In this document: positions 29,745-38,711 of the stretch, piece by piece | Layout of the letters: each line of letters begins with the position of its first letter | Position numbering within the stretch: the first letter of the stretch is position 1 | Source: an uncultured Holophaga sp. | GTDB lineage: Bacteria; Acidobacteriota; Holophagae; Holophagales; Holophagaceae | Length of the DNA stretch: 64,000 nt | Assembly: GCA_963664825.1 (NCBI GenBank) | Contig: OY761614.1 | Coordinates: 864,001 to 928,000 of the forward strand | Direction: 5' to 3' | Notes under the pieces: model-generated | The model's database searches: none | Told to the model about the DNA's origin: nothing | Seen by the model: only the letters and a program-made list of their open reading frames with translations | Made by a program: the position numbers and the translations under genes

Positions 29745-29978
29745 ATGCAGGAGAAACCGATGACCCCTCTCGGCAAGACCGGATTCGTGAAGGAAGGCGC
29801 CCTCAAGGGCTGGTACGTGCGCGTCGCGCACATGGAGCTCCCCAAGGGCTTCCTGGTCTCCCGGGCCCGCAACGCCGAAATGGATCAGACCCTGATCCTG
29901 GATGGCATCTTCCCGGAACGCCCGGAGCTGGAGACCTTTTTCGCCTCCCAGGCCCCCGGCGTGGAGTGGAGGGACTGA
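29745..29978 (+). CDS. Small hypothetical protein
   Basis: Directly follows lpdA, GC3-rich codons, AGGAG before ATG 29760. Confidence 0.65.
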   Translation: MQEKPMTPLGKTGFVKEGALKGWYVRVAHMELPKGFLVSRARNAEMDQTLILDGIFPERPELETFFASQAPGVEWRD

Positions 29979-30099
29979 TACCAGGGTGCGTTCGAAGATA
30001 GCGATCTGCGAAGCAGAGCGCGTCAAGCGCAGCAGCGCAGACCGGCCAGGGGCCGAGGCTGCGATGCGGAGCGACTTCGAACGCCCGACTACATTCTAG
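29975..30099 (+). repeat. Intergenic repeat, copy 2 (longer, MITE/REPIN-like)
   Basis: First 59 bp match 13034-13092; internal IR GCGTTCGAAG (29988) / CTTCGAACGC (30075). Confidence 0.8.
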
Positions 30100-30127
30100 A
30101 TTATTGAATGCGAATCGGTATGAGGCA

Positions 30128-31438
30128 TCAGCCCAGTCCCATCTGCTGTTCCGCCAGCTGGGAGAGGGCTTCGTCCAGGGCGTAGGGCTTGACCAGCAGC
30201 TGGGAGATCCCGGCCCGTTGCGCCGCCACCACCAGAGCCCTGGACACCTCCTCGGCGGCGAGCACGATGGCCGGGAGCTGCATGCCTGCGTCCCGAAGCC
30301 GTTGGGCCATCTCCATGGATTCCAGTAGAGGCATCTGGGTATCGATGAAGAGCAGGCCGACTCCGGGCTCCTGGAGATGGGCCACCACTTCGTCCCAGCC
30401 TAGCGCCAGCAGGACCCGGCCATAGCCTTCCTCCAGGAAATGATCGCGCAGGAGTCCGCCAGGCCCCGCTGAGGCCAGGATCACCACCGCCCGGGAACGC
30501 TTCTTGAGGCGCAGAAGCGCCGTATTGCGGCTCAGGCCTGCCCCCTCACCAGCGGGAACGGGCGGCAGGGGCTCAGGCGTCTCCGAGGGCACCGCCACAT
30601 GCGCCGCAAGAGGGAGTGCCTCGACGGTTTTGTCCGCGATGGGTTTTTCCGCTCGTTCCATGCGGGGAGCCGGTTCCGCCTCGGGCTCGAGTGCCCGGCG
30701 CCGGGCCTTGGGGGGGACGGCGCTGGGAATGCTCCCCGCCCGATTGGAGACCATGTTCCGGATGGCTCCCGCGAATTCGGATTTCTCGAAGCGGATGCCC
30801 AGCGCCAGTCCCCCGGCATTGCTATCCAGGTAGGCGACCCTGCCCCCCATCTCCATCACCGCCGGGCAGCGGGGCACCTTGTTGAGCTTGAGGATCATGA
30901 AGGTGTGCCCCACGGGCAGCAGGGCCGTGCCGATGCCGAGCTTCTTCTGGTCCTTGATGTTCATCGCCTTTTCCACCCGCACCCGACATCCGCTCTCGGA
31001 GAGGTTCTCCAGCACACCGGTGATCCCCACCCCTTCGAAGAGGCTGCTGAGGCCCGTGAGAGTCGCCCCCTCCTTGGCGTTCAGCCGCGCCCGGGGCTGC
31101 TTGCGCCGCTCCAGGAGTTCCAGTGCCTCGGGAATCTCCAGGGTGAGGGTGCCCCCGCGGACCTCCACCACCCGGGTGGTGGCGCCCAGCCGCAGGTTCT
31201 CGTGGATGAAGACCAACTCGGCCTCGGCCCCCTTTTCCAGGGAGAAGGAGCCAGCCACCTGGAGGTTCAGGGTCCCGGCCTTCTCATCCAGGGCCTGGAG
31301 CACGGCCGAGCACTCCCTCTTGCGGCTATCCCGGACCAAGAAGGGACTGCGCACGCGCTGGGCGTCTTCGAGATAGGCCATCACCAAGTCGGAGATGCCG
31401 ACCTCCCGCTTGTCCTTTCCAAAACTGAACAGGGCCAT
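30128..31438 (-). CDS. PilZ-domain protein with C-terminal receiver domain
   Basis: RRKQPR and NLSESG c-di-GMP motifs; C-terminal FIDTQMP...LVKPY. Confidence 0.8.
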   Translation of the reverse strand: MALFSFGKDKREVGISDLVMAYLEDAQRVRSPFLVRDSRKRECSAVLQALDEKAGTLNLQVAGSFSLEKGAEAELVFIHENLRLGATTRVVEVRGGTLTLEIPEALELLERRKQPRARLNAKEGATLTGLSSLFEGVGITGVLENLSESGCRVRVEKAMNIKDQKKLGIGTALLPVGHTFMILKLNKVPRCPAVMEMGGRVAYLDSNAGGLALGIRFEKSEFAGAIRNMVSNRAGSIPSAVPPKARRRALEPEAEPAPRMERAEKPIADKTVEALPLAAHVAVPSETPEPLPPVPAGEGAGLSRNTALLRLKKRSRAVVILASAGPGGLLRDHFLEEGYGRVLLALGWDEVVAHLQEPGVGLLFIDTQMPLLESMEMAQRLRDAGMQLPAIVLAAEEVSRALVVAAQRAGISQLLVKPYALDEALSQLAEQQMGLG

Positions 31439-31543
31439 GGACTCCGCCAATGTTTCCTATGCATCGTCCCACCTTGGCCCCGGCTTGAGAATGGTGCATA
31501 GACCCAGGGGCCATCCTGGGCTATTTCCGATACCCTCGAAGCC

Positions 31544-32692
31544 ATGACCGAACGCCTGACCCGCTGTTTCCTCCTCGCCCACCAGGGCCCCCAAGACCGG
31601 GAGGCGGATATCCAGGAGCACCTCAGCGAACTGGCGGAGCTGACGCGGGCCTGCGGCATGGAACCCATCGGCAGCCAGCAGCTCCGGAGATCCCTGGTGG
31701 ATGCCCGCCTCTTCTACGGGAAGGGCCAGATCGAGGCCGTGGCCGATGAAGCCCGGCGCCAGCAGGCCGCGATCCTCATCTGCGATGACGAGCTCTCCGG
31801 CAGTCAGGTGCGCAATATCGAGAAGACCACCGGCATGAGCTGCCTGGACCGCACGGGCCTCATCCTGGCCATCTTCGAACAGCGGGCCAAGAGCCGGGAG
31901 GCCAAGGCCCAGGTGGAGCTGGCCCGCTACGAATACGAGCTGCCCCGGCTGAAGGGAGCCTGGACGCACCTGGAGCGCCAGGGCGGCGGCGTAGGGTTGC
32001 GGGGGGGCCCCGGGGAGACCCAGATCGAGGTGGACCGGCGCATGACGCGCCTGCGCATCAGCCAGCTCAAGAAAGAGCTGCAGCATCTGGAGCAGGTCCG
32101 GGAAACCCAGCGCCAGGGCCGGGCCCCAGGCATTCCGCGCATCTCGCTAGTGGGCTACACCAACGCCGGCAAGACCAGCCTCTTGAAGGCCCTCACCGGC
32201 GAAGGCGAGCCCCAGGACATGCTCTTCGCCACCCTGGACACCACCACCCGCAAGGCCTACCTGGGCTGGGACGAAGGCGCCACCGAACCCCGCCACGTGC
32301 TGCTGAGCGATACGGTGGGCTTCATCCGCAAGCTCCCCCACCAGTTGGTGGCGGCCTTCCGCTCCACCCTGGGCGAGGTCCGCACGGCGGACGCCCTATT
32401 AGTGGTGGCCGACGCCGCCAGCCCCGAACTGGACGAGCAGCTCAAGGTGGTGGGCGCCACCCTGCGGGATATCGGATGCGGGGACCAGCCGCGCCTCCTC
32501 ATCCTCAACCAGGTGGACCGCCTGCCCCGCCCCCGGCGCCTGGATCTCAAGCGCCAGCACCCCGGCGCCGCCCTCACCTGCGCCCTCACCCGGGATGGCC
32601 TGGAGGATGTGCGAAGCTGGCTCATGGACCTCATCCCGGGAGCCCCCAAGCCCCGGGAACGGGAGGCCTGGGAAGATCCGGATCCCGCCTAA
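31544..32692 (+). CDS. hflX: GTPase HflX
   Basis: RGGPGETQIEVDRR, GYTNAGKTS, LFATLDTT, DTVGFIRKLPH. Confidence 0.97.
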   Translation: MTERLTRCFLLAHQGPQDREADIQEHLSELAELTRACGMEPIGSQQLRRSLVDARLFYGKGQIEAVADEARRQQAAILICDDELSGSQVRNIEKTTGMSCLDRTGLILAIFEQRAKSREAKAQVELARYEYELPRLKGAWTHLERQGGGVGLRGGPGETQIEVDRRMTRLRISQLKKELQHLEQVRETQRQGRAPGIPRISLVGYTNAGKTSLLKALTGEGEPQDMLFATLDTTTRKAYLGWDEGATEPRHVLLSDTVGFIRKLPHQLVAAFRSTLGEVRTADALLVVADAASPELDEQLKVVGATLRDIGCGDQPRLLILNQVDRLPRPRRLDLKRQHPGAALTCALTRDGLEDVRSWLMDLIPGAPKPREREAWEDPDPA

Positions 32693-32786
32693 ACAAGCCA
32701 AAACCAGAGTCCGGCCTTCTGCAATTGGGACCCTCCCCATGGCATCTGGCCCCCTCGGGTTGCCAGCGGAACCCTTTGGGGACAAG

Positions 32787-32805
32787 ATTGTTGCTTATGC
32801 AACTA
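32787..32805 (+). promoter_or_regulatory. MarR-type operator palindrome overlapping the start codon
   Basis: GTTGC-TTAT-GCAAC at 32790-32803. Confidence 0.6.
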
Positions 32806-33267
32806 CTCGTCCCCTGGGAAGAGGCTGGCCTTCCCCTGATGCTCACCGTGGTCCGCAGCCGCCTGCGGCAGGTCTCCTGGCACCTCCTGGCGCCCTATGG
32901 GATCACACCCCAGCAGTACCAGGTGCTCCGCGCCCTGGCGAACAAACCTGGCCTCTGCCACCGGGAACTGGCCGGGGCCTTGGGCCTCGATAAGCCCACC
33001 ACCACCCGCATCCTGCAGGCGCTCCAGCGCAAGAACTGGGTGGAGGTGCTCCCGCACCCCGAGCATGGCCGCAAGCTCCGCCTGGAACTGACCTCCGAGG
33101 GACATGCTCTGGTGGGGCGCCTACAGGCCTTCCGGGAAACCATCCGGGGAGGCCTTGAGCAGGGCCTGGACGGCCAGGAGAAGAAGGCCCTGCGGGCCCT
33201 CCTCCTCAAACTCAAGCACAACCTGGACCGGATGGACGCAACCTTGGCCGCGCCGTCCCAACCCTGA
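32797..33267 (+). CDS. MarR-family transcriptional regulator
   Basis: YGITPQQYQVL, LDKPTTTRIL, GR...LELTSEG; precedes efflux genes. Confidence 0.9.
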   Translation: MQLLVPWEEAGLPLMLTVVRSRLRQVSWHLLAPYGITPQQYQVLRALANKPGLCHRELAGALGLDKPTTTRILQALQRKNWVEVLPHPEHGRKLRLELTSEGHALVGRLQAFRETIRGGLEQGLDGQEKKALRALLLKLKHNLDRMDATLAAPSQP

Positions 33268-33276
33268 GGAAGCCCC

Positions 33277-36200
33277 ATGTGGATCGTCCGGCTGGCCCTG
33301 CGCCGCCCCTACACTGTCGCCGTGATGTGCCTCCTGGTGCTGCTCATGGGTGTCCTCTCCATGCTGCGGATGCCGGTGGATATCTTCCCCAGCATCGATA
33401 TCCCCGTGGTGGCCGTCGTGTGGAGCTACGGGGGCCTGAGTCCCGAGGAGATGGAGCGCCGGGTGGTGGGCGTCAGCGAAAGGACCATGTCCACCACCGT
33501 CAATGGCATCGAGCGCATCGATTCCCAGAGCATCCAGGGCGTGGGCATCCTGCGCGTCTACTTCCAGGCCGGCACGGATATCGGCGCGGCCATCGCCCAG
33601 ATATCCTCCTCCTGCAGCACCGTCCTGCGCGTCCTGCCCCCGGGCATGACGCCCCCCAATATCATCCAATTCAACGCCAGCAACGTACCCGTGGTGCAGC
33701 TCACGGCCAAGAGCGAGTCGCTCTCCGAGCAGCAGATCTACGACCACGCCACCAACGTCATCCGCCTGCGCCTCTTCACGATCCCCGGTCTCTCCACGCC
33801 TGCCCCCTTCGGCGGCCGGAGCCGCCAGATTTCCGTGGACCTGGATCCCGCCAAGCTGGCGGCCAGGGGCCTCAGTCCTGCGGATGTGCTCACGGCGCTC
33901 TCCTCCGAGAACGTCATCACGCCGGCGGGGCTCGCCCGCTTCGGGACCCAGGAGATGCCCATCCTCACGAACTCCAACCCCTCCAAGGTGGAGGAACTGC
34001 GGAGCCTCCCGCTGAAGCTGGTGAACGGTTCGGCCATCTATCTGCGGGACGTGGCCCAGGTCTATGACGGTCACGCCGACCAGTCGAACATCGTGAGGGT
34101 CAACGGCCACCGGGCCACCTACCTGGCCATCCTGAAGAAGTCCGATGCCAGCACGCTGGCGGTGGTGGACGCAGCCAAGGAGATGCTGCCCCTCATCAAG
34201 GCCGCGGCCCCCAAGGGGCTGGAGCTGAACTTCGACTTCGATCAGAGCCGCTTCGTGCGGGGTGCCATCTCGGATGTGGTGAAGGAAGGCGTCATCGCCT
34301 CCCTGCTCGTCTCCCTGATGGTCCTCTTCTTCCTGGGTTCCTGGCGCAGCATGCTCCTGGTCTGCACGAGCATCCCCTTGGCCATCTTCGTGGGCATCAT
34401 CGGCCTGAAGCTCTCGGGCCAGACCCTCAATATCATGACGCTGGGCGGCCTCAGCCTCGCCGTCGGCATGCTGGTGGATGACGCCACGGTGGAGGTGGAG
34501 AATATCCACCGCAACTACGCCCTGGGCAAGCCGCTCACGGTGGCCATCCTGGATGGCGCCAGCCAGATCGCCGTGCCCGCCATCGTGGCCACCCTGGCCA
34601 TCTGCATCGTGTTCTTCCCGGTGCTGCTGCTGGTGGGACCGGCGAAATTCCTCTTTACGCCCCTGGCCATGGCCGTGGTCTTCTCCATGCTGGCCTCGTA
34701 CCTCCTCTCCCGCACGCTGGTGCCGACACTGGCCCGCATGCTCCTGGGGAAGGACATTCACACACCGAAGGGCCAGGCTGCGAATGCGGGCTTGACCCAC
34801 GTTCGCAGCGGGGGTCCCAGGGAGGACGTAGAGGCCGGGCTGGTTCCCAATATCCCATTGGACGACTTCCCGGACGCGGCCGGGCGGTCCCCCCTGGACA
34901 GAATGGCCCGCTTCAATGCCTGGAGGGAACGGGGCTTCAGCCGCTTCCAGGCCGCCTACATGCGCGTCCTGGATCGCGTACTGCACCATCGGAATTTCGT
35001 GCTGGCGGCCGGTGCGGCCTTCGCCTTCATCAGCCTGGGACTCCTTTTCTTCCTGGGCCAGGATTTCTTCCCCGCGGTGGATTCGGGGCTGATGAAACTC
35101 CATGTGCGCGCCCCTGCGGGCCTGCGCCTGGAGGAGACCGAGCGCGTGGTGACCGAGGTGGAACGCACCATCCGGGAATGCGTGCCCGCCCGAGAGCTGA
35201 CCACCGTCAATAGCAACATCGGGATGCCCAGTTCCTTCAACCTAGCCTTCATCCCCTCGGATAACGTGACGAGCCAGGATGCCGATATCTTCATCTCCCT
35301 CCAGAAGGAGCACCATCCCACCCGGCGCTACATGAATCTCCTCCGGGAGGAACTGCCCCGGCGCTTCCCGGGGGTGAGCTTCTACTTCCAGTCCGCAGAC
35401 ATCATGAGCCAGGTGCTCAACTTCGGAGTCCCGGCGCCCATCGATGTGCAGATCGAGGGGCCGAACCTGGCCGCCAGCGCCGAGGTGGCGCGCCGCCTGG
35501 AAACTGCCCTGCGGCAGGTGCCCGGCGCCGTGGATGTGCGGCTGAAGCAGGTGGTGAATGCCCCGGCCTACCGGGTGGAGGTGGACCGACTCCAGGCCGC
35601 CCGCCTGGGCCTCACCCAGCAGGCGGTGGCCAATGGCCTGCTGGTAGGCCTCTCGGGCAATGGCCAATTGGCGCCCTCCTTCTACCTGGATCCCGTGACA
35701 GGGGTGAACTACACCGTGGCCGTGAAGGCGCCCCTCTCCCAGATGACCTCGCCCCAGGCCCTGATGGCCACGCCCTTCAGCCTGCCGGGAGGGGCGACCT
35801 TCCTCCAGAGCGGCACCCCGACGACGGGCCCGGCCTCCCAGCCCCCGTCCGAGCCCCTCTCCAATTTCGCCAGCCTGCAGCGGATGAGCGTTCCCAACGA
35901 GGTCAATCACGCCACGGTGCAGCGGGTGATGGACGTGATGGCCAGCGTGGAGGGCCGGGATCTGGGGGCGGTGGCCGGGGATATCCAAAGGCAGATCCAA
36001 TCCCTGGGACAGCTGCCCCCCGCCACGCGCATCCACATCCGAGGACAATTCGAAGTCATGACGGAGGCCTTCCGGAACCTGGGGGGAGGCCTGATCATCG
36101 CCATCGTCCTGGTGTATCTGCTCATGGCGGTGCTCTATCAGAGCTGGCTGGATCCCTTCATCATCCTGTTTTCCGTGCCCGGCGCCCTGGTGGGCATCCT

Positions 36201-36624
36201 GTGGATGCTGGCCCTCACGGGCACGACCCTCAATGTGGAATCCCTGATGGGCGCCATCATGGCGGTGGGCATCGCCACCTCCAACTCGATCCTGCTGGTG
36301 AGCTGCGCCAACGACGCGCGGGTGGCCAACCCCGATCTATCGGCTCTCGAGGCCGCCCGCCTCGCGGGCCAGACCCGCCTGCGCCCCGTGCTGATGACAG
36401 CCCTGGCCATGATCCTCGGCATGGTGCCCATGGCCCTGGCCCTGGGCGAGGCGGGCAGCCAGAACGCGCCCCTGGGCCGCGCCGTGATCGGGGGTCTGCT
36501 CATGGCCACGGTGGTCACGCTCTTCATCGTGCCCGTGGTCTACAGCCTCTTCCGCAGGAAGCCGCCCACGGCACACCTGCTGGACCAACGCTTCGACACC
36601 GAACAGCAAGGAAGTGAAGCATGA
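33277..36624 (+). CDS. RND efflux transporter permease subunit
   Basis: VDIFP.IDIP, GMLVDDATVEVENI, RLRPVLMT, PLGRAVIGGL. Confidence 0.96.
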   Translation: MWIVRLALRRPYTVAVMCLLVLLMGVLSMLRMPVDIFPSIDIPVVAVVWSYGGLSPEEMERRVVGVSERTMSTTVNGIERIDSQSIQGVGILRVYFQAGTDIGAAIAQISSSCSTVLRVLPPGMTPPNIIQFNASNVPVVQLTAKSESLSEQQIYDHATNVIRLRLFTIPGLSTPAPFGGRSRQISVDLDPAKLAARGLSPADVLTALSSENVITPAGLARFGTQEMPILTNSNPSKVEELRSLPLKLVNGSAIYLRDVAQVYDGHADQSNIVRVNGHRATYLAILKKSDASTLAVVDAAKEMLPLIKAAAPKGLELNFDFDQSRFVRGAISDVVKEGVIASLLVSLMVLFFLGSWRSMLLVCTSIPLAIFVGIIGLKLSGQTLNIMTLGGLSLAVGMLVDDATVEVENIHRNYALGKPLTVAILDGASQIAVPAIVATLAICIVFFPVLLLVGPAKFLFTPLAMAVVFSMLASYLLSRTLVPTLARMLLGKDIHTPKGQAANAGLTHVRSGGPREDVEAGLVPNIPLDDFPDAAGRSPLDRMARFNAWRERGFSRFQAAYMRVLDRVLHHRNFVLAAGAAFAFISLGLLFFLGQDFFPAVDSGLMKLHVRAPAGLRLEETERVVTEVERTIRECVPARELTTVNSNIGMPSSFNLAFIPSDNVTSQDADIFISLQKEHHPTRRYMNLLREELPRRFPGVSFYFQSADIMSQVLNFGVPAPIDVQIEGPNLAASAEVARRLETALRQVPGAVDVRLKQVVNAPAYRVEVDRLQAARLGLTQQAVANGLLVGLSGNGQLAPSFYLDPVTGVNYTVAVKAPLSQMTSPQALMATPFSLPGGATFLQSGTPTTGPASQPPSEPLSNFASLQRMSVPNEVNHATVQRVMDVMASVEGRDLGAVAGDIQRQIQSLGQLPPATRIHIRGQFEVMTEAFRNLGGGLIIAIVLVYLLMAVLYQSWLDPFIILFSVPGALVGILWMLALTGTTLNVESLMGAIMAVGIATSNSILLVSCANDARVANPDLSALEAARLAGQTRLRPVLMTALAMILGMVPMALALGEAGSQNAPLGRAVIGGLLMATVVTLFIVPVVYSLFRRKPPTAHLLDQRFDTEQQGSEA

Positions 36625-37733
36625 GCATGGATCCGAGTTTCTCCCGCCTCCGCCTGGGAGGCATCGCCCTCCTGATCGTGGCCGCATCCTCCGTCACCCT
36701 CCTGTGGGCCGTGCAGCGCTCCGGTGTGCGCCATGAGGGCCAGCTTCTGCACGCGCAAGCCGAGGCAGGCCCCCGCGTGCGTGTGGCCCTGGCGGGCTCG
36801 AGCGGGGATGCCCGGCTGCTGGAGCTCTCCGGTGAGGCCATGCCCTACGTCTCCACCACCCTCTACGCCAAGGTGAGCGGCTTCCTGCGGGAGATCCGCG
36901 TGGACAAGGGCAGCCCCGTGCGCCAGGGCCAGGTGCTGGCCGTGATCGAATCCACGGAGGTGGACCGGGATGCCCAGGCCCTCAGGGCGGACGCGCAGAA
37001 CAAGCGCCGCCAGGCCGAGCGCGTGCGCCAACTGGGCCGCCAGGGCATCATCAGCGCCCAGGATTTGGGAGACGCCGAAGCCGCCGCCCGCATCGCCGAG
37101 GAAAAACTGGCCTCCCAGGGCGTCCTTCAGAGCTACCGAAACGTGGTGGCCCCCTTCCCCGGCGTCATCACCCAGCGTTTCGCCGACCCCGGCGCCCTCA
37201 TCCAGAACGCCAGCAACAGCACCAGCGCCCAGCCCATCCTCGCCCTGGCCCAGGTGGGCCGCCTGCGGGTAAGCTTCTATCTGGATCAGCAGGTGGCGCC
37301 TCTGGTCAAGGTGGGCCAGGAGATCCTGGTGCGTCCCGCAGACCGCCCGGATCTCGCGCGCACCGTGAAGGTGGCGCGCTTCGCCGGGGCCCTGGATCCC
37401 AAGACCCGCACCCTCCTGGCGGAGGCCGATCTCGATAACCGGGATGGGGCCTTCCTGGCCGGAGGCTCCGTGCAGATCTCCCTGAAGCTGGCTCCAGAAC
37501 CCGGCAGGCTGGAGATCCCCTCCGAGGGAGTCCTCCTGAAGGGCGACAAGACCTTCGCCGTGGTGGTGGGCCCGGACCAGAGGCTGAGCCTCCGCCCCAT
37601 CCTGCTGGGGGAGGATAGCGGCACCCGCGTCCGGGTACTGGGTGGACTGAAGGCCGGGGACCGGGTGCTCCTCAACCCGCCGGTCACCTCCAAGGAGGGC
37701 GACAAGGTGCAGCCGGTGGATGTGAAGGGGTGA
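36621..37733 (+). CDS. RND periplasmic adaptor (membrane fusion protein)
   Basis: AKVSGFL..I.VDKG..V..GQVL, APFPGVIT.R, DPKTRTL. Confidence 0.94.
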   Translation: MSMDPSFSRLRLGGIALLIVAASSVTLLWAVQRSGVRHEGQLLHAQAEAGPRVRVALAGSSGDARLLELSGEAMPYVSTTLYAKVSGFLREIRVDKGSPVRQGQVLAVIESTEVDRDAQALRADAQNKRRQAERVRQLGRQGIISAQDLGDAEAAARIAEEKLASQGVLQSYRNVVAPFPGVITQRFADPGALIQNASNSTSAQPILALAQVGRLRVSFYLDQQVAPLVKVGQEILVRPADRPDLARTVKVARFAGALDPKTRTLLAEADLDNRDGAFLAGGSVQISLKLAPEPGRLEIPSEGVLLKGDKTFAVVVGPDQRLSLRPILLGEDSGTRVRVLGGLKAGDRVLLNPPVTSKEGDKVQPVDVKG

Positions 37734-37759
37734 GTGTCTAGCCTCTCCCAACCCGGGGC

Positions 37760-38233
37760 CTATGCCTCTTTGGACTTCGGCAAAAATCCGACGCCCGCGG
37801 CGAGTCCCAGGGCCAGCAGCATCCTCAGGACCAGCATCTGCCTGGAGACGCCCTGGGCCCGGCCGAAAGCCGCGCGATCGGAAGGATCCTGGGAAAGGGA
37901 TGGGGTGGCAGCAACCATCCGGCCGTTGTAGAACGCCATCCTAGGTGTCACGAGAAAGGCGCTGGCGAAACACATGAGCAGGGCGGCCAGCACGGCGGCG
38001 CTCCAGAGCCGCAGGGGACCGATGCCATCCTTTTCCTGGAAGTCCCCCAGCCAGCGGGCACCCCAACTCAAGGCCAGGGCCAGCGCGAAGGCCGCCCAGG
38101 CGACGCCATCCAGGCGACCCAGGGCCTGGAGGGTCGGGGGGCCCAGAAAGAGGAAGCCCAGGGCCATGCCCACCCAGAGCAGGAGCAGGGCCTGGGAGAG
38201 CGCGTCCATACGGCGCAGGGTCGCTTCCGGCAT
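37760..38233 (-). CDS. Small membrane protein (DUF4149-like)
   Basis: Four hydrophobic helices, starts 4 nt after the pseudopilin stop. Confidence 0.65.
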   Translation of the reverse strand: MPEATLRRMDALSQALLLLWVGMALGFLFLGPPTLQALGRLDGVAWAAFALALALSWGARWLGDFQEKDGIGPLRLWSAAVLAALLMCFASAFLVTPRMAFYNGRMVAATPSLSQDPSDRAAFGRAQGVSRQMLVLRMLLALGLAAGVGFLPKSKEA

Positions 38234-38237
38234 GGCT

Positions 38238-38642
38238 TCAGAAGCTCCACTCGTTGTACGGCATGCCGTTATCCCCGATATCCGTGGAGCCGCTGCGGAT
38301 GCGGAAGATCCCCACCTCGGCCTCGGGGTTCTCCGGATCCGGAGCCTCCATATCGTAGGTCCAGGTGTCCTTGGAACCGGTCATGGGATCCACGGGGATC
38401 CCACGCAGATAGCCCAGTTCCCGCAGGCGGTCGATGCTGGCCGGATACTTCCCCCGGTCGGCCCGGTACTGCTCCAGGCCATGGTTGAGCTGGAAGAGAT
38501 CCTCCTTGAGCACGGCCTCCTTCGCCCCCCGGATCTGGTGGCGGTAGCCCACGATGCCCACGGAGGTCAGCAGGGCCAGGATCGTCATGGCCGTGATGAG
38601 TTCAAGGAGCGTAAAACCACGCGCGCGTTTCCGGGAATCCAT
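38238..38642 (-). CDS. Type II secretion pseudopilin (GspG-like)
   Basis: RGFTLLEL prepilin cleavage motif, IPVDPMTG. Confidence 0.9.
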   Translation of the reverse strand: MDSRKRARGFTLLELITAMTILALLTSVGIVGYRHQIRGAKEAVLKEDLFQLNHGLEQYRADRGKYPASIDRLRELGYLRGIPVDPMTGSKDTWTYDMEAPDPENPEAEVGIFRIRSGSTDIGDNGMPYNEWSF

Positions 38643-38662
38643 GGGCTCACCTTACCATAATC

Positions 38663-38697
38663 AAAAAGAGGCCGAACCTATGGGGCCCGGCCTCCTT
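38663..38697 (-). terminator. Intrinsic terminator after infB
   Basis: GAGGCCG...CGGCCTC stem followed by TTTTT on the minus strand. Confidence 0.75.
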
Positions 38698-38711
38698 CAC
38701 GTGCGTCAAAG

